Part shown: positions 35,338 through 45,998 of the stretch, piece after piece
How the letters are laid out: the number at the start of each line of letters is the position of its first letter
How positions within the stretch are numbered: the stretch's first letter is position 1
DNA from: a virus
IMG/VR virus record: IMGVR_UViG_3300030012_005163
Span: 64,001 to 128,000 of that record
Length of the DNA stretch: 64,000 nt
Reading direction: 5' to 3' (one strand)
Made by a program: the position numbers and the translations under genes
The notes under the pieces: generated by a model
Seen by the model: the letters and a program-made list of their open reading frames with translations, nothing else
Database searches by the model: none
What the model was told of the DNA's origin: nothing

Positions 35338-36729
35338 ATGACTAAAGAAAAAGAAAAAAATTTAGGTTATTTAGGATGGAGTTTTCAAGTTAAGTTAGTC
35401 AAACAATTAATTGAAGATAGTAAATTTTGTGAAGAGATTATTGATATAATCGATCCAAAATATTTTGACAATGAGTATTTGAGAATAATTATTGCTAGTT
35501 TAAAAAATTACTATGATAGTTATGAGACAATACCTACATATGAAACACTATTTCAAATAATAAGGGTAGAGATAAAAAGAGAAATCGCTAGAGACTCTGC
35601 TATTGAAATGGTTAAAGAAGTCAAAAACTCTGATAATAAAGATTGTTTACATACTCAAGAAGTTGCAACTAAATTCTGTAAACAACAAGAACTTAAAAAA
35701 GCAACTAATAAAATTCAAAATATTTTAGAAGCAGGTGATTTTGATAGATATGATGAGTGTGAAGATATTCTTAAAGAAGCTTTGTCTGTTGGTGGTGAAA
35801 AAGATAATGGTATTGATGTTTTTCATGCAATAGACGAAGTATTAAGTGATGATTTTAGAAATCCTGTTCCTACAGGTTTAGTTGGTATAGACAACTTAAT
35901 GGATGGAGGATTATCTAAAGGAGAATTAGGTGTAATTTTAGCACCTTTTGGTGTCGGTAAAACCACTTTAATAACTCGTATGGCAAATACTGCATATAAT
36001 TTAGGTTATAACGTAGTACAAATATTTTTTGAGGATAACCCCAAAGTTATTCAAAGAAAGCATATGACATGTTGGAGTGAAATACCTTTAAATGAATTAA
36101 CTGAGAGAAAAGAAGAGGTTAAAGCTTTATTACCTCAGTTTAGGGAAAAAGAAGGAAACCTAATTTTAAAGAAAATGCCGAGCGATGGCACAACAATTAA
36201 TCATATAAAACAATACTTAAGAAAACTAACATCAAATGGTACAAAACCTGATGTAGTTTTTGTTGATTATATGGATTGTGTTGTACCCACTAAACAATTT
36301 AAAGATGAATATGCGGGTGAAGGAAACGTTATGAGACAGTTTGAAACTATGATTTCAGAATTAGATGTTGTTGGGTGGACTGCAGTACAAGGTAATAGAA
36401 GTTCTATAGGTGCGGATGTAGTGAAAGCAGATATGATAGGTGGTTCAATTAAAAAAGGACAAATTGGACACTTTATTATCTCAGTAGCTAAAACATTAGA
36501 ACAAAAAGAAGAAGGAACGGCTACTATGGCTATTTTAAAATCTAGATTTGGTAAAGACGGTATAATTTTCGAAGACATATTGTTTGATAACGGATCTTTA
36601 AAAATTGATACTAGTATATCTAGTGACGTTTCATTCTTAGAACACCAAAATGGTGAAGAAAAAAGAAAATCTCAATTGGTTATAGATGCTATGAAAAAGA
36701 AAAGAGAGATTGGACTGGGGGAAAATTAA
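35338..36729 (+). CDS. dnaB: DnaB/gp41-like replicative helicase
   Basis: VPTGLVGIDNLMDGGLSKGELGVILAPFGVGKT, VFVDYMD, WTAVQGNRS, ILKSRFG. Confidence 0.92.
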   Translation: MTKEKEKNLGYLGWSFQVKLVKQLIEDSKFCEEIIDIIDPKYFDNEYLRIIIASLKNYYDSYETIPTYETLFQIIRVEIKREIARDSAIEMVKEVKNSDNKDCLHTQEVATKFCKQQELKKATNKIQNILEAGDFDRYDECEDILKEALSVGGEKDNGIDVFHAIDEVLSDDFRNPVPTGLVGIDNLMDGGLSKGELGVILAPFGVGKTTLITRMANTAYNLGYNVVQIFFEDNPKVIQRKHMTCWSEIPLNELTERKEEVKALLPQFREKEGNLILKKMPSDGTTINHIKQYLRKLTSNGTKPDVVFVDYMDCVVPTKQFKDEYAGEGNVMRQFETMISELDVVGWTAVQGNRSSIGADVVKADMIGGSIKKGQIGHFIISVAKTLEQKEEGTATMAILKSRFGKDGIIFEDILFDNGSLKIDTSISSDVSFLEHQNGEEKRKSQLVIDAMKKKREIGLGEN

Positions 36730-36759
36730 TAATAAGATTTAAATTAAGTATTAAAAAAA

Positions 36760-38619
36760 ATGGAGTTATCAAGCAAAATTTTATCAGATATTACTGTATA
36801 TATGAAATATGCAAAATATCTACCTGAATTAAACAGAAGAGAAACATGGGAAGAATTAGTTACACGTAATAAAGAAATGCACCAAAAGAGATATCCTCAC
36901 ATTGCAGACAAAATAGATGAAGCATATCAATATGTGTATGATAAAAAAGTATTACCTTCGATGAGAAGTATGCAATTCGGTGGAAAACCGATAGAAATTT
37001 CCCCTAACAGAATTTATAATTGTGCATATATGCCTATAGATCATATAGATTCATTTAGTGAATGTATGTTTTTATTATTAGGTGGTACAGGTGTGGGTTA
37101 TTCTGTACAAAAACATCACGTAGAAAAATTACCACCAGTTAATAAACCATATCCTAAAAGAACAAAAAGATTTTTAATTAGTGATTCGATAGAAGGTTGG
37201 GCAGATGCAATAAAACTTTTAATGAAATCATATTTAAATGGTAAAAGTTCAAGAATAGAATTTGATTACTCCGATATTAGACCTAAAGGTGCTAGATTAG
37301 TAACTTCAGGTGGTAAAGCACCAGGACCTCAACCACTTAAAGAGTGTATTGTTAAAATAAGAGGTATTCTAAGTGAAAAAGAAGATGGTGAACAATTAAC
37401 TACTTTGGAAGTACATGATATAGTTTGTCATATTGCAGATGCAGTATTAGCAGGTGGGATAAGAAGAGCGGCATTAATATCATTATTTAGTGCAGACGAT
37501 CAAGCAATGATTGGTTGTAAGTCTGGTAGTTGGTGGGAAACAAATCCACAAAGAGGTAGGGCTAATAACTCAGCTTGTTTAATGAGGCATAAGATTACTA
37601 AGGAATTCTTTTTAGATTTATGGAAAAGGGTAGAGTTAAGTGGTTCAGGTGAACCAGGAATCTATTTCAATAATGACAAAGATTGGGGTACAAATCCTTG
37701 TTGTGAGATTGCTTTAAGACCTTACCAATTCTGTAACCTATGTGAAGTAAATGTATCAAATATTGAATCACAAGAAGACTTAAATAATAGAGTTAAAGCA
37801 GCAGCATTTATTGGTACATTACAGGCAGGATATACACATTTCCATTATCTAAGAGATATTTGGCAAGAAACTACTGAGAAAGAAGCATTAATTGGTGTTA
37901 GTATGACAGGTATCGGTTCTGGTAGAGTATTAGGATATGATATGGAAGAAGCAGCTAAAGTAGTTAAAAAAGAAAACAGTAGAGTAGCTAAATTGATTGG
38001 AATAAATAAATCCGCAAGAACAACTACTGTAAAACCTGCTGGTACAACATCACTTACATTAGGAACATCTTCTGGAATTCATGCATGGCATAACGATTAC
38101 TACATTAGAAGAGTTAGAGTTGGTAAAAATGAGTCTATGTATACATATTTACTTAATAATCATCCAGAACTTGTAGAAGATGATTATTTTAGAGGACACG
38201 ATACTGCAGTTATCTCTATTCCACAAAAAGCACCTAAAGGTTCTATATTAAGAACTGAATCACCTTTTGATTTATTAGAAAGAGTTAAAAAAGTGGCTAC
38301 AGAATGGGTAAAAAATGGACATAATAGTGGTTCTAATTCACATAATGTTTCTGCAACTATCTCTTTAAAAGATGAAGACTGGGAGTTAGCAGGTGAATGG
38401 ATGTGGAAAAATAGAAAACATTATAATGGTTTATCGGTATTACCATATAACGGAGGAACATATGTTCAGGCACCATTTGAAGACTGTACTAAAGAAGAAT
38501 ATGAAAAAATGATGAAGACTTTAAATGAGATAGATTTATCAAATGTTATAGAAGAACAAGATGAAACAAATTTAAGTGGAGAGTTAGCTTGTGCCGGTGG
38601 TGCGTGTGAAATCACTTAA
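36760..38619 (+). CDS. nrdJ: Class II (adenosylcobalamin-dependent) monomeric ribonucleotide reductase
   Basis: RRETWEE, PSMRSMQFGG, YNCAY, GGIRRAALI, TNPCCEI, FCNLCE, TTVKPAGTTS, C-terminal CAGGACE; no beta subunit gene nearby. Confidence 0.93.
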   Translation: MELSSKILSDITVYMKYAKYLPELNRRETWEELVTRNKEMHQKRYPHIADKIDEAYQYVYDKKVLPSMRSMQFGGKPIEISPNRIYNCAYMPIDHIDSFSECMFLLLGGTGVGYSVQKHHVEKLPPVNKPYPKRTKRFLISDSIEGWADAIKLLMKSYLNGKSSRIEFDYSDIRPKGARLVTSGGKAPGPQPLKECIVKIRGILSEKEDGEQLTTLEVHDIVCHIADAVLAGGIRRAALISLFSADDQAMIGCKSGSWWETNPQRGRANNSACLMRHKITKEFFLDLWKRVELSGSGEPGIYFNNDKDWGTNPCCEIALRPYQFCNLCEVNVSNIESQEDLNNRVKAAAFIGTLQAGYTHFHYLRDIWQETTEKEALIGVSMTGIGSGRVLGYDMEEAAKVVKKENSRVAKLIGINKSARTTTVKPAGTTSLTLGTSSGIHAWHNDYYIRRVRVGKNESMYTYLLNNHPELVEDDYFRGHDTAVISIPQKAPKGSILRTESPFDLLERVKKVATEWVKNGHNSGSNSHNVSATISLKDEDWELAGEWMWKNRKHYNGLSVLPYNGGTYVQAPFEDCTKEEYEKMMKTLNEIDLSNVIEEQDETNLSGELACAGGACEIT

Positions 38620-38642
38620 TAGTTAATAAAATTTAATTTTTT

Positions 38643-38673
38643 AAAAGGTATCTTTTCGATACCTTTTTTTTTT
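38643..38673 (+). terminator. Rho-independent terminator after nrdJ
   Basis: AAAAGGTATC-ttttc-GATACCTTTT followed by a long T run. Confidence 0.9.
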
Positions 38674-38708
38674 ATATAACCTTTTCTTTTAAAAAATTTA
38701 TTGTAGAA

Positions 38709-38716
38709 TATTTATA
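38709..38716 (+). promoter_or_regulatory. TATTTATA putative late-promoter motif (baseplate wedge operon)
   Basis: 5 nt before ATG 38722. Confidence 0.6.
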
Positions 38717-38721
38717 TACAT

Positions 38722-39105
38722 ATGGCAGATGTAAGATATATAAATATTGATTTCCCTTTTAGAAATAGTGAAAAGGGTTTTTATTTTAAATTAAACCAAA
38801 CTGATAAAGATGCAATTAAAGCAGATTTATTACATCTTTTATTAACTAATAAAGGCGAAAGACTATATATGCCTGATTTCGGTAGTGATTTGAAGAAGTT
38901 TATATTTCAACCTAACGATAATATTACACATAGTGAAATTAAAGATAACTTAAATGAAACAATAAAAAGATACATTCCCAATTTAGTGGTGGATAGTATA
39001 GATTTTAAGAAAAATGAAATAGAAGAATTAATAATAGTAGAATTAAAATATACGGTAATTGATGGTACTTTCGCATCTTCCGATATTTTAGAGATAACAC
39101 TTTAA
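38722..39105 (+). CDS. gp25: Baseplate wedge subunit / sheath initiator (gp25-like)
   Basis: AIKADLLHLLLTNKGERLYMPDFGSDLKKFIFQP...IKRYIPNL. Confidence 0.9.
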   Translation: MADVRYINIDFPFRNSEKGFYFKLNQTDKDAIKADLLHLLLTNKGERLYMPDFGSDLKKFIFQPNDNITHSEIKDNLNETIKRYIPNLVVDSIDFKKNEIEELIIVELKYTVIDGTFASSDILEITL

Positions 39106-39107
39106 TT

Positions 39108-40931
39108 ATGAAAAAGAAAGTAAATTATAATAGTAGAAATTTTGCTGAAGTAAGGGCAGAATTAATTGGTTTCATCCAACAATATTATCCTGAAGTGTTT
39201 TCAGATTTTAATGATGCATCAGTTGGTATGATGTTATTAGAACTAAATGCTGCAGTGGGAGATATGTTATCTTTCCATACGGATAGAATGTTCAATGAAA
39301 CACAAATAAACTACGCACAAGAAAGATCTTCTTTATTAGAATTAGCAAGAACTTTTGGTTTAAAAATACCTGGAAACAGACCTAGTATAACTATTGCTAA
39401 TTTATCTGTTACAGTACCAGTAGATGAACAAGATGGTGATAGACCTGATTATAATTATGCACCTATTCTTTTAAAAGGTACACAAGTTACCGGAGCGGGT
39501 AAAGTATTTGAATTACCTATGGATTTAGACTTTTCATCTCCATTTAGTAGTAGTGGTATACCTAATAGAACGGTAATACCAAAGTTTAATGAATCAGGAG
39601 GTGTAGATAATTATGAATTAACTAAACAAGCATTAGTTATCAACGGAATTACTAAAGAATATAAAAGAGTTATTTCTAGACCCGATTATAAACCTTTCTT
39701 TGAGGTAATATTACCTGAAGATAACGTTCTTTCTATTGAAAATATTATTACATTAGAAGGTACTAATTTAACTACACCACCAACACTTAAAGAATATAGT
39801 GACTTTAATAATAATTATTATGAAGTAAGTGCACTGGCGGAAGCCGAAAAGTTTATAGAAGATCCTAATACACCAACTACAACCGAAGGTATTTTACCGG
39901 GAAGATGGAAAAATATACCTCAAAGATTTATAACGGAATATACTGATAATGGATTTTGTAAAATAACTTTTGGTGGTGGTGAAATAGATACGTCAGAATT
40001 AAATGATTTTATTGGTTGTAGAGGACAAATAAATGAAATAGGTAATTTTGTTAATAATGATTCATTAGGTGTAATACCAGTACCTGGTAGGACTATGTAC
40101 ATTAAATATAGAATTGGTGGGGGCGCTGATAGTAATATCGGACCCAATGTATTAAAAGGATTGGGTGATGTTTTTATGATTACACCCGGAGAGGATGCAA
40201 CAATTAATTTAAACGTAAGAAATAGTTTAACATCTAATAACCCAATACCTGCAATTGGTGGAAAAGAACAACCTTCGTTAAACGAAATAAGACAATTAGT
40301 TAAATACAATTTTGCGGCACAAAATAGGTGTGTCACAATAAAAGATTATTTATCAAGAATAAGTTTAATGCCAGGTAAATTTGGTATTCCATTTAGAACT
40401 GGAGTATGGGAACAAAGAAATAAAGTCAATGTAACTATATTAGCATTAAATGAAAATAGTCAATTAACTAACCAATCTACTGACACATTAAAAGAAAATA
40501 TTGCGGAATACCTATCAAATTATAGAATGTTAAATGACTATGTTACAATCAAAGATGGTAGAATTATAAATCTTTCTTTTGAAATATCTTTATTTACTGA
40601 TAAAACTACTTCTAAAGGTGAAATTATGTCTGACGTAATAGAATCGGTAGAAGAATATTTTGATATTAATAATTGGGAAATGGGACAGAACGTTTATTTA
40701 GCACAATTAATAGAAAATATTAATAATGTTGGTGGAGTACTTAATGTTACTGACATTAAAATATTTAATAAAGTAGGTGGGGAGTATTCGTTAAATGAAA
40801 TATCCCAACCTTATTCTGATGATGCAAGTAAACAAATAGATATTTCAGATGATTATACATTATTTGGTGAACCTGATGCAATGTTTGAGATTAAATTCCC
40901 AAATAGAGATATAAAAGTAAGGTTTAAATAG
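39108..40931 (+). CDS. gp6: Baseplate wedge subunit (gp6/baseplate J-like)
   Basis: YNSRNFAEVRAEL, DFNDASVGMMLLELNAAVGDMLSFHTD, YRIGGGADSNIG, FAAQNRCVTIKDY. Confidence 0.9.
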   Translation: MKKKVNYNSRNFAEVRAELIGFIQQYYPEVFSDFNDASVGMMLLELNAAVGDMLSFHTDRMFNETQINYAQERSSLLELARTFGLKIPGNRPSITIANLSVTVPVDEQDGDRPDYNYAPILLKGTQVTGAGKVFELPMDLDFSSPFSSSGIPNRTVIPKFNESGGVDNYELTKQALVINGITKEYKRVISRPDYKPFFEVILPEDNVLSIENIITLEGTNLTTPPTLKEYSDFNNNYYEVSALAEAEKFIEDPNTPTTTEGILPGRWKNIPQRFITEYTDNGFCKITFGGGEIDTSELNDFIGCRGQINEIGNFVNNDSLGVIPVPGRTMYIKYRIGGGADSNIGPNVLKGLGDVFMITPGEDATINLNVRNSLTSNNPIPAIGGKEQPSLNEIRQLVKYNFAAQNRCVTIKDYLSRISLMPGKFGIPFRTGVWEQRNKVNVTILALNENSQLTNQSTDTLKENIAEYLSNYRMLNDYVTIKDGRIINLSFEISLFTDKTTSKGEIMSDVIESVEEYFDINNWEMGQNVYLAQLIENINNVGGVLNVTDIKIFNKVGGEYSLNEISQPYSDDASKQIDISDDYTLFGEPDAMFEIKFPNRDIKVRFK

Positions 40932-40976
40932 TTACTTTTTTACTATTATGAATTAGTTTTAAAAAAAATAGAAATT

Positions 40977-41384
40977 ATGGGATGTAACACATGTAAACAA
41001 AAAAACGAAGCTTATGATAATTCAAACGGAACTGAAATAAAATTAGTTCCTGATAAAGTTGCTAATGGACAATTCAATGAGATGAATATACTTTTAAAAT
41101 TAACTACTGTTGTAGTTATAATTGCCGCTTTACCATTTATCCTTTGTGCACTCAGTTTACAATTAATTTTTACTATGTTTACTCCAGTATGGTTTGACAG
41201 AATGAGAAGTAAATGGTCAACTTATTGGAGAAGTAAGATGAAAAAAACACAAGAAAATATTAATGTAAAGAAAAGTAACGCACAAAAGAAAAAAAGAGAA
41301 AAAGAGTTTGAAAATACACCCACTTATACTGCAGAAATGTTTGAGGGAGTAGGTGTTGTAGAAAATAACGAAGAAAATGAATAA
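40977..41384 (+). CDS. Small membrane protein with an N-terminal CxxC
   Basis: MGCNTCK start; hydrophobic ILLKLTTVVVIIAALPFILCALSLQLIFTMF; basic C-terminal region. Confidence 0.7.
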   Translation: MGCNTCKQKNEAYDNSNGTEIKLVPDKVANGQFNEMNILLKLTTVVVIIAALPFILCALSLQLIFTMFTPVWFDRMRSKWSTYWRSKMKKTQENINVKKSNAQKKKREKEFENTPTYTAEMFEGVGVVENNEENE

Positions 41385-41392
41385 AAATAATT

Positions 41393-44300
41393 ATGTCGAA
41401 ATCTGTTCGTATAAGAACAACACCAAATGGAGAGGATAAATATGTTAAAGTCGAACTTAAACAAGATTTTGACTTATTAGAGATTCTAAGTTTAAAAATA
41501 AAACAATCTGATGTTTATGGAAACTTCTGTTCTAATCATGGAGTTGTTGCGGGTAGAGTAATTATTAATAATGGTTTTGGTGTACCAAACGTAAAAGTAT
41601 CTATATTTATACCAAGAAATTCAGATAACCCTATTGTAGAACAATTATACCCTTACGATAGTCCTACACCGGATAAAAAAAATGTTAATGGAATAAGATA
41701 TAATTTATTACCTGATACACAACAAAAATTAAGTCACACACCAGTAGGAACTTTTCCTGATAAAATTAGTATTTTAGATGATAAAACTAATTTAGAGATT
41801 TATGAGAGGTATTATAAATATACTACCACTACTAATGAATCTGGTGATTTTATATTATTTGGTGTTCCCACAGGAAATCAAATACTTCATTATGATATGG
41901 ATGTCAGTGATATTGGTTTTATTTCTGCGAGACCTTATGAATTAATCGAACAAGGTATACCTAAAGAACAATTTCAATCCCCTTTTAAATATAAAAGTAG
42001 TAGAAATTTAGATAGTTTAACTCAAATAGTTAGTGCAAATATAAACATTCAAGTAGAACCTTTTTGGTGTGATAGTTTAAGTACGGGAAGAGTATTAGGT
42101 ATTACAAGAAAAGATATAAGTATTGATTCTTTAGAATTGATACCTACCGCAATGTTTTTTGGTAGTGTTATATCTGATGATGAAAAAGATTCGGTAAATA
42201 AAAATTGTCGCCCTCGTAAGAAAATGGGTCAGATGGATGAAATGATTACGGGTGAAGGGCAAGTAGAGGCAGTATATAGAACAATTGACGGTGACATAGA
42301 AAAGTATGATGTTCCAGAAGATGCTATAGATGAAAATGGTACTTTTGCAATGCAATTACCGATGAATTTAAGAAAAGTAGTAACCGATGAGTTTGGTAAT
42401 TTAGTTCCTAGTCCTGATGGTATAAAAGGTATTGCAACTGAAGCAGATTTTAGATTTAGAATTAGTATGGATGCCACTAGTCAAGATAAGAGACTAAGAC
42501 AACGAGCGAATTATTTAGTCCCTAATTTAACTGGTAACTATAAATTTGACAATTATGATTTAGAAGAGATGCAAGAAGAACAACCTTATCAAATCAATCA
42601 ACAATTATCTACATTTACTCAAAACACACCATATTCTGCGGACACTACTAATCAATATAATTATCTTGAGGATTTTTATACTTTAAGATGGAAAAAAGTA
42701 TATACAGTTAAACAATATATTGGTAGATATCAATCAAACAAAAAAGATAGAAATAGAAATTTCATAGGAATAAAGAGGATACTAGATGGGGTTGGTGTTA
42801 ATAAATTTCCAATTAATAGGTTATTTACTAAAATAAACCCAATATATACTATTTTATGTGTATTATTACAATTTATTGGTATTGTAGTTGCTTTTATCAA
42901 TGGGATATTAAATATTATTAATGGTTTAGTTACGGCAATCTGTAATGTTACACTAATTTGTGGTATTAAATTCGCCTTTTCCGATACTAATTGTAACTTT
43001 TCTAACCCATGTATTCCGGATGCGCAATTTATAGTACTTCAATGGTCACCTTCACTATTTGGTTATACGTTATTTAATTTATGTTTAAAGGGTAAGATAT
43101 GTTTTAAACGTAAATGTATTTTTGCCGGATTTTTATGTAAAAGATGTGATAATGTATGTGCACCTAATAATCCTTCACAACAACATAGTTGTATGAAAGA
43201 TGATAACGGTAATAACATTAATCCTCAAAGTTGTAATTTTTTAAGTAATAAACTATGTAGAAAATTAAATAAATGTACGGAAATGGTTCCTGCAGCAGGT
43301 GAATCAGATCCCGTTACCGGAGAAGAAATATTTTGTTGTAGTAAATGTTGTGGTAAAGTTAATCTCATTTCTTTAAAATGTCCTGAAGAGACAGGTACCG
43401 GTCCTTTTAGACCATCTTGTATAAGAAGTCCTTTTGCGTCCTCTCAATGTAATGACACATATGTTGATTTATTTTCTTGTAAAGAATGTTCGGGGTGGAC
43501 TACACCACAAATTAGAGATTGGGTGGCTTGTAAGTTAGAGGGTGTGGCTACTTTTTTAAATATGTTACAATTTGAGTTTTATAATGATTGGGTTAGTGGT
43601 ACATTATATTTCCCATTGATAAAGAGAAAGTATAAGGTAAGAAAAAGAAAAAAAGGTAGAGGTGATGTTAGAAAAGATAAATTTTGTGACTATGATTGTG
43701 CACCAGATTACCAACAACCACCAACCTATACTCGTTATAGAATTATAGTTAAAAACAATACAGTTAGTAAAGAAGCGGAAATTGAAGTGGGTGGTTGTAA
43801 AGCTAAATTAAGAGGAAGTTATAGATATGTAACTAAATGGTATGGGGAATATGTGGCGGGACAAAATGCTTCTGCCGCACAAGCATTAGCATTAGCGTCG
43901 GCTAAAGAAGAATTGAAATTTGCTGGAAGATTTGTTGATACAGGATATGGATGTACATTAAGATTTAGTGAACCTGCAGTAGAACAAGCATTACAAAATA
44001 ATAGTAGAATAACTATTAGAATGAATGATAATAAAACCACTAAAGATTTTCCTGGACCACATGGTAAACCTAAATATATTAAAGTAGAAGATCCAATTAC
44101 TGGAATAAATGGGTGGGAAAATGTTGGTGGTCATGCACACCATAAGAATAAATGTAATACTGTATATAAGGTAGAAAAAGAAGAATATTTTAGGGATAAT
44201 ATAGGATGCTTACCAACCGATGTCAATGATCCATTTAATAATCCAGATGGTAACCCTTTTGAAAGTCAAGACGGTCCACCTGAAGAAGGTCCATATACAA

Positions 44301-45994
44301 TTAACCCTAATAGTGCTTGCCCACCAAATGGATGTACTTCTCCTTGTAGTTCAGGTGTGCAAGGTTGTACCAATCAATGTAAATGTTATGGACATGAACC
44401 ATATAACGATAGAAATATAAAACATGGTATAGTAAAATATCAAGATGGTAATATATATTATGCATCAATAATTAAAAAAGGTGATCCAGCATTTAATGAA
44501 ACAACCAATGGAGAATTTTATAAAGCAAACTTAATGTTCCCAACAGATTTAGTTGAAATGGGTAGTTCAGTTAATTGTGATATAGATGATGTACCTTTTA
44601 TTATTGGAGAATTAGAACCTACCACATCTAAAGTTAGTGAAGAAGGTATGAAATATAAAATGACTGGTACAAATCCTAAAACAGTAACAGAAGTAGAAGA
44701 TAAAGATGGTGTAGTTAATCTTAGAGCATATGTTTCTTTTGGTTGTGCAAAAATTAATTGTTTAAATACCACTGCGGGTGTTGTACAATCACAAATAGGT
44801 GTTGATTTAATTGATGATAATGATTTAGGGATGGAAATACAACCTTGTTTCACATATTATGATCATGACGATCAAATTAGAGACTATTTCTGTAGAAGAT
44901 TTAGTACTTATAGAGATAATGATTTAAATGTAAATTATATGAGACCTGGTTCTAATGAATTTGATAATTTATATGAAACATACCCAACAGTCACATTAGC
45001 TAGTAATACACAATTTATTATAGATAATATAATTTATCCCGAAACTATTAATGATGGTGATGAATTTATTACAGGTGATAGGTGTGGTTTAAAAAATAAT
45101 GGACAATATTTTTATGGGGCAGGGTGGAATGGTAATACACCGGATACTTTACTTAAATTCCCTACAGAATCAGACATTGATAATAAAAATATACCTAATA
45201 AATTTGGGGTTATGTATAGTACATCTCAAACACCATATTATCATTATTTTGGTTTAGTACCAGGAAAAACTGCATTACACCGCTTAGTTTCATTATTTTT
45301 CGCAGATATTATAAGTGAAGTAACTTTACAAGGTTTAGGTAATAATGAAGACGCAGCACAAAACACATATAACCAACCTAATTTTAGGAATATAGAACAA
45401 AATAAATTTACTGTATTAAGAAGTTGTTTGGGAGAGGCACAAATTGCAAGTGCTACTGAAACAAGTGCAGCTAATGATGTTGCTATTGTGGTTGGTAATA
45501 CAATAGTAAATAAAGGTATTGGTGCAGGTGGGGGGGTAAGTACACCTGCACCCCCAATAACTGACTATACTGTAAATGGTATTACTACTGTAGGTAATAC
45601 AAATGTCTATTCTACTAACCAAACTAATAATGTAGGACAAATAAGTCCTACTACTATTACTGTTACTTCTGTACCTGCCCAATTAAAAATAGAAATATTT
45701 GGTGGATCAACTCCATCTTCTGGACCGTCAATGGGTGGTGGGACATTTAATATTTATGATAATGGAACAACTAATCCTGTGTCTACTAGTGTTATTTCAC
45801 AGTATGGAGAAACTTCTTCATTAGGTGCAGGAGGTCAAGCTATTACTAATGACGGAACTAATCAATCGGTAGTTGCAAATGAAAATGAAACAATAACTTA
45901 TTCTTTTAGTATTTTACAAATAGGTACGTATAATGTTTATATGGCTTATTCTTCTTTAGGAAATAATAATGATGGTTTTATGAAAATAAGTTAG
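41393..45994 (+). CDS. 1533-aa tail/baseplate-associated protein with a beta-sandwich N-terminus, a hydrophobic segment and Cys-rich regions
   Basis: GVVAGRV...GVPNVKVSIFIP...TTTNESGDFILFGVPTG (carboxypeptidase-regulatory-like sandwich pattern); 25 Cys within 42839-43531. Confidence 0.7.
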   Translation: MSKSVRIRTTPNGEDKYVKVELKQDFDLLEILSLKIKQSDVYGNFCSNHGVVAGRVIINNGFGVPNVKVSIFIPRNSDNPIVEQLYPYDSPTPDKKNVNGIRYNLLPDTQQKLSHTPVGTFPDKISILDDKTNLEIYERYYKYTTTTNESGDFILFGVPTGNQILHYDMDVSDIGFISARPYELIEQGIPKEQFQSPFKYKSSRNLDSLTQIVSANINIQVEPFWCDSLSTGRVLGITRKDISIDSLELIPTAMFFGSVISDDEKDSVNKNCRPRKKMGQMDEMITGEGQVEAVYRTIDGDIEKYDVPEDAIDENGTFAMQLPMNLRKVVTDEFGNLVPSPDGIKGIATEADFRFRISMDATSQDKRLRQRANYLVPNLTGNYKFDNYDLEEMQEEQPYQINQQLSTFTQNTPYSADTTNQYNYLEDFYTLRWKKVYTVKQYIGRYQSNKKDRNRNFIGIKRILDGVGVNKFPINRLFTKINPIYTILCVLLQFIGIVVAFINGILNIINGLVTAICNVTLICGIKFAFSDTNCNFSNPCIPDAQFIVLQWSPSLFGYTLFNLCLKGKICFKRKCIFAGFLCKRCDNVCAPNNPSQQHSCMKDDNGNNINPQSCNFLSNKLCRKLNKCTEMVPAAGESDPVTGEEIFCCSKCCGKVNLISLKCPEETGTGPFRPSCIRSPFASSQCNDTYVDLFSCKECSGWTTPQIRDWVACKLEGVATFLNMLQFEFYNDWVSGTLYFPLIKRKYKVRKRKKGRGDVRKDKFCDYDCAPDYQQPPTYTRYRIIVKNNTVSKEAEIEVGGCKAKLRGSYRYVTKWYGEYVAGQNASAAQALALASAKEELKFAGRFVDTGYGCTLRFSEPAVEQALQNNSRITIRMNDNKTTKDFPGPHGKPKYIKVEDPITGINGWENVGGHAHHKNKCNTVYKVEKEEYFRDNIGCLPTDVNDPFNNPDGNPFESQDGPPEEGPYTINPNSACPPNGCTSPCSSGVQGCTNQCKCYGHEPYNDRNIKHGIVKYQDGNIYYASIIKKGDPAFNETTNGEFYKANLMFPTDLVEMGSSVNCDIDDVPFIIGELEPTTSKVSEEGMKYKMTGTNPKTVTEVEDKDGVVNLRAYVSFGCAKINCLNTTAGVVQSQIGVDLIDDNDLGMEIQPCFTYYDHDDQIRDYFCRRFSTYRDNDLNVNYMRPGSNEFDNLYETYPTVTLASNTQFIIDNIIYPETINDGDEFITGDRCGLKNNGQYFYGAGWNGNTPDTLLKFPTESDIDNKNIPNKFGVMYSTSQTPYYHYFGLVPGKTALHRLVSLFFADIISEVTLQGLGNNEDAAQNTYNQPNFRNIEQNKFTVLRSCLGEAQIASATETSAANDVAIVVGNTIVNKGIGAGGGVSTPAPPITDYTVNGITTVGNTNVYSTNQTNNVGQISPTTITVTSVPAQLKIEIFGGSTPSSGPSMGGGTFNIYDNGTTNPVSTSVISQYGETSSLGAGGQAITNDGTNQSVVANENETITYSFSILQIGTYNVYMAYSSLGNNNDGFMKIS

Positions 45995-45998
45995 AAAA

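Noticed and set aside
32713-38619. Inteins or introns in RecA, the helicase or the RNR
   Set aside because: Lengths are ordinary, the motifs are contiguous, and there are no splice-junction or homing-endonuclease signatures.
40977-40997. MGC start as a eukaryotic myristoylation/palmitoylation signal (giant-virus origin)
   Set aside because: All other evidence (sheath, tube, baseplate, bacterial promoters and terminators) indicates a bacteriophage; a CxxC is the simpler reading.
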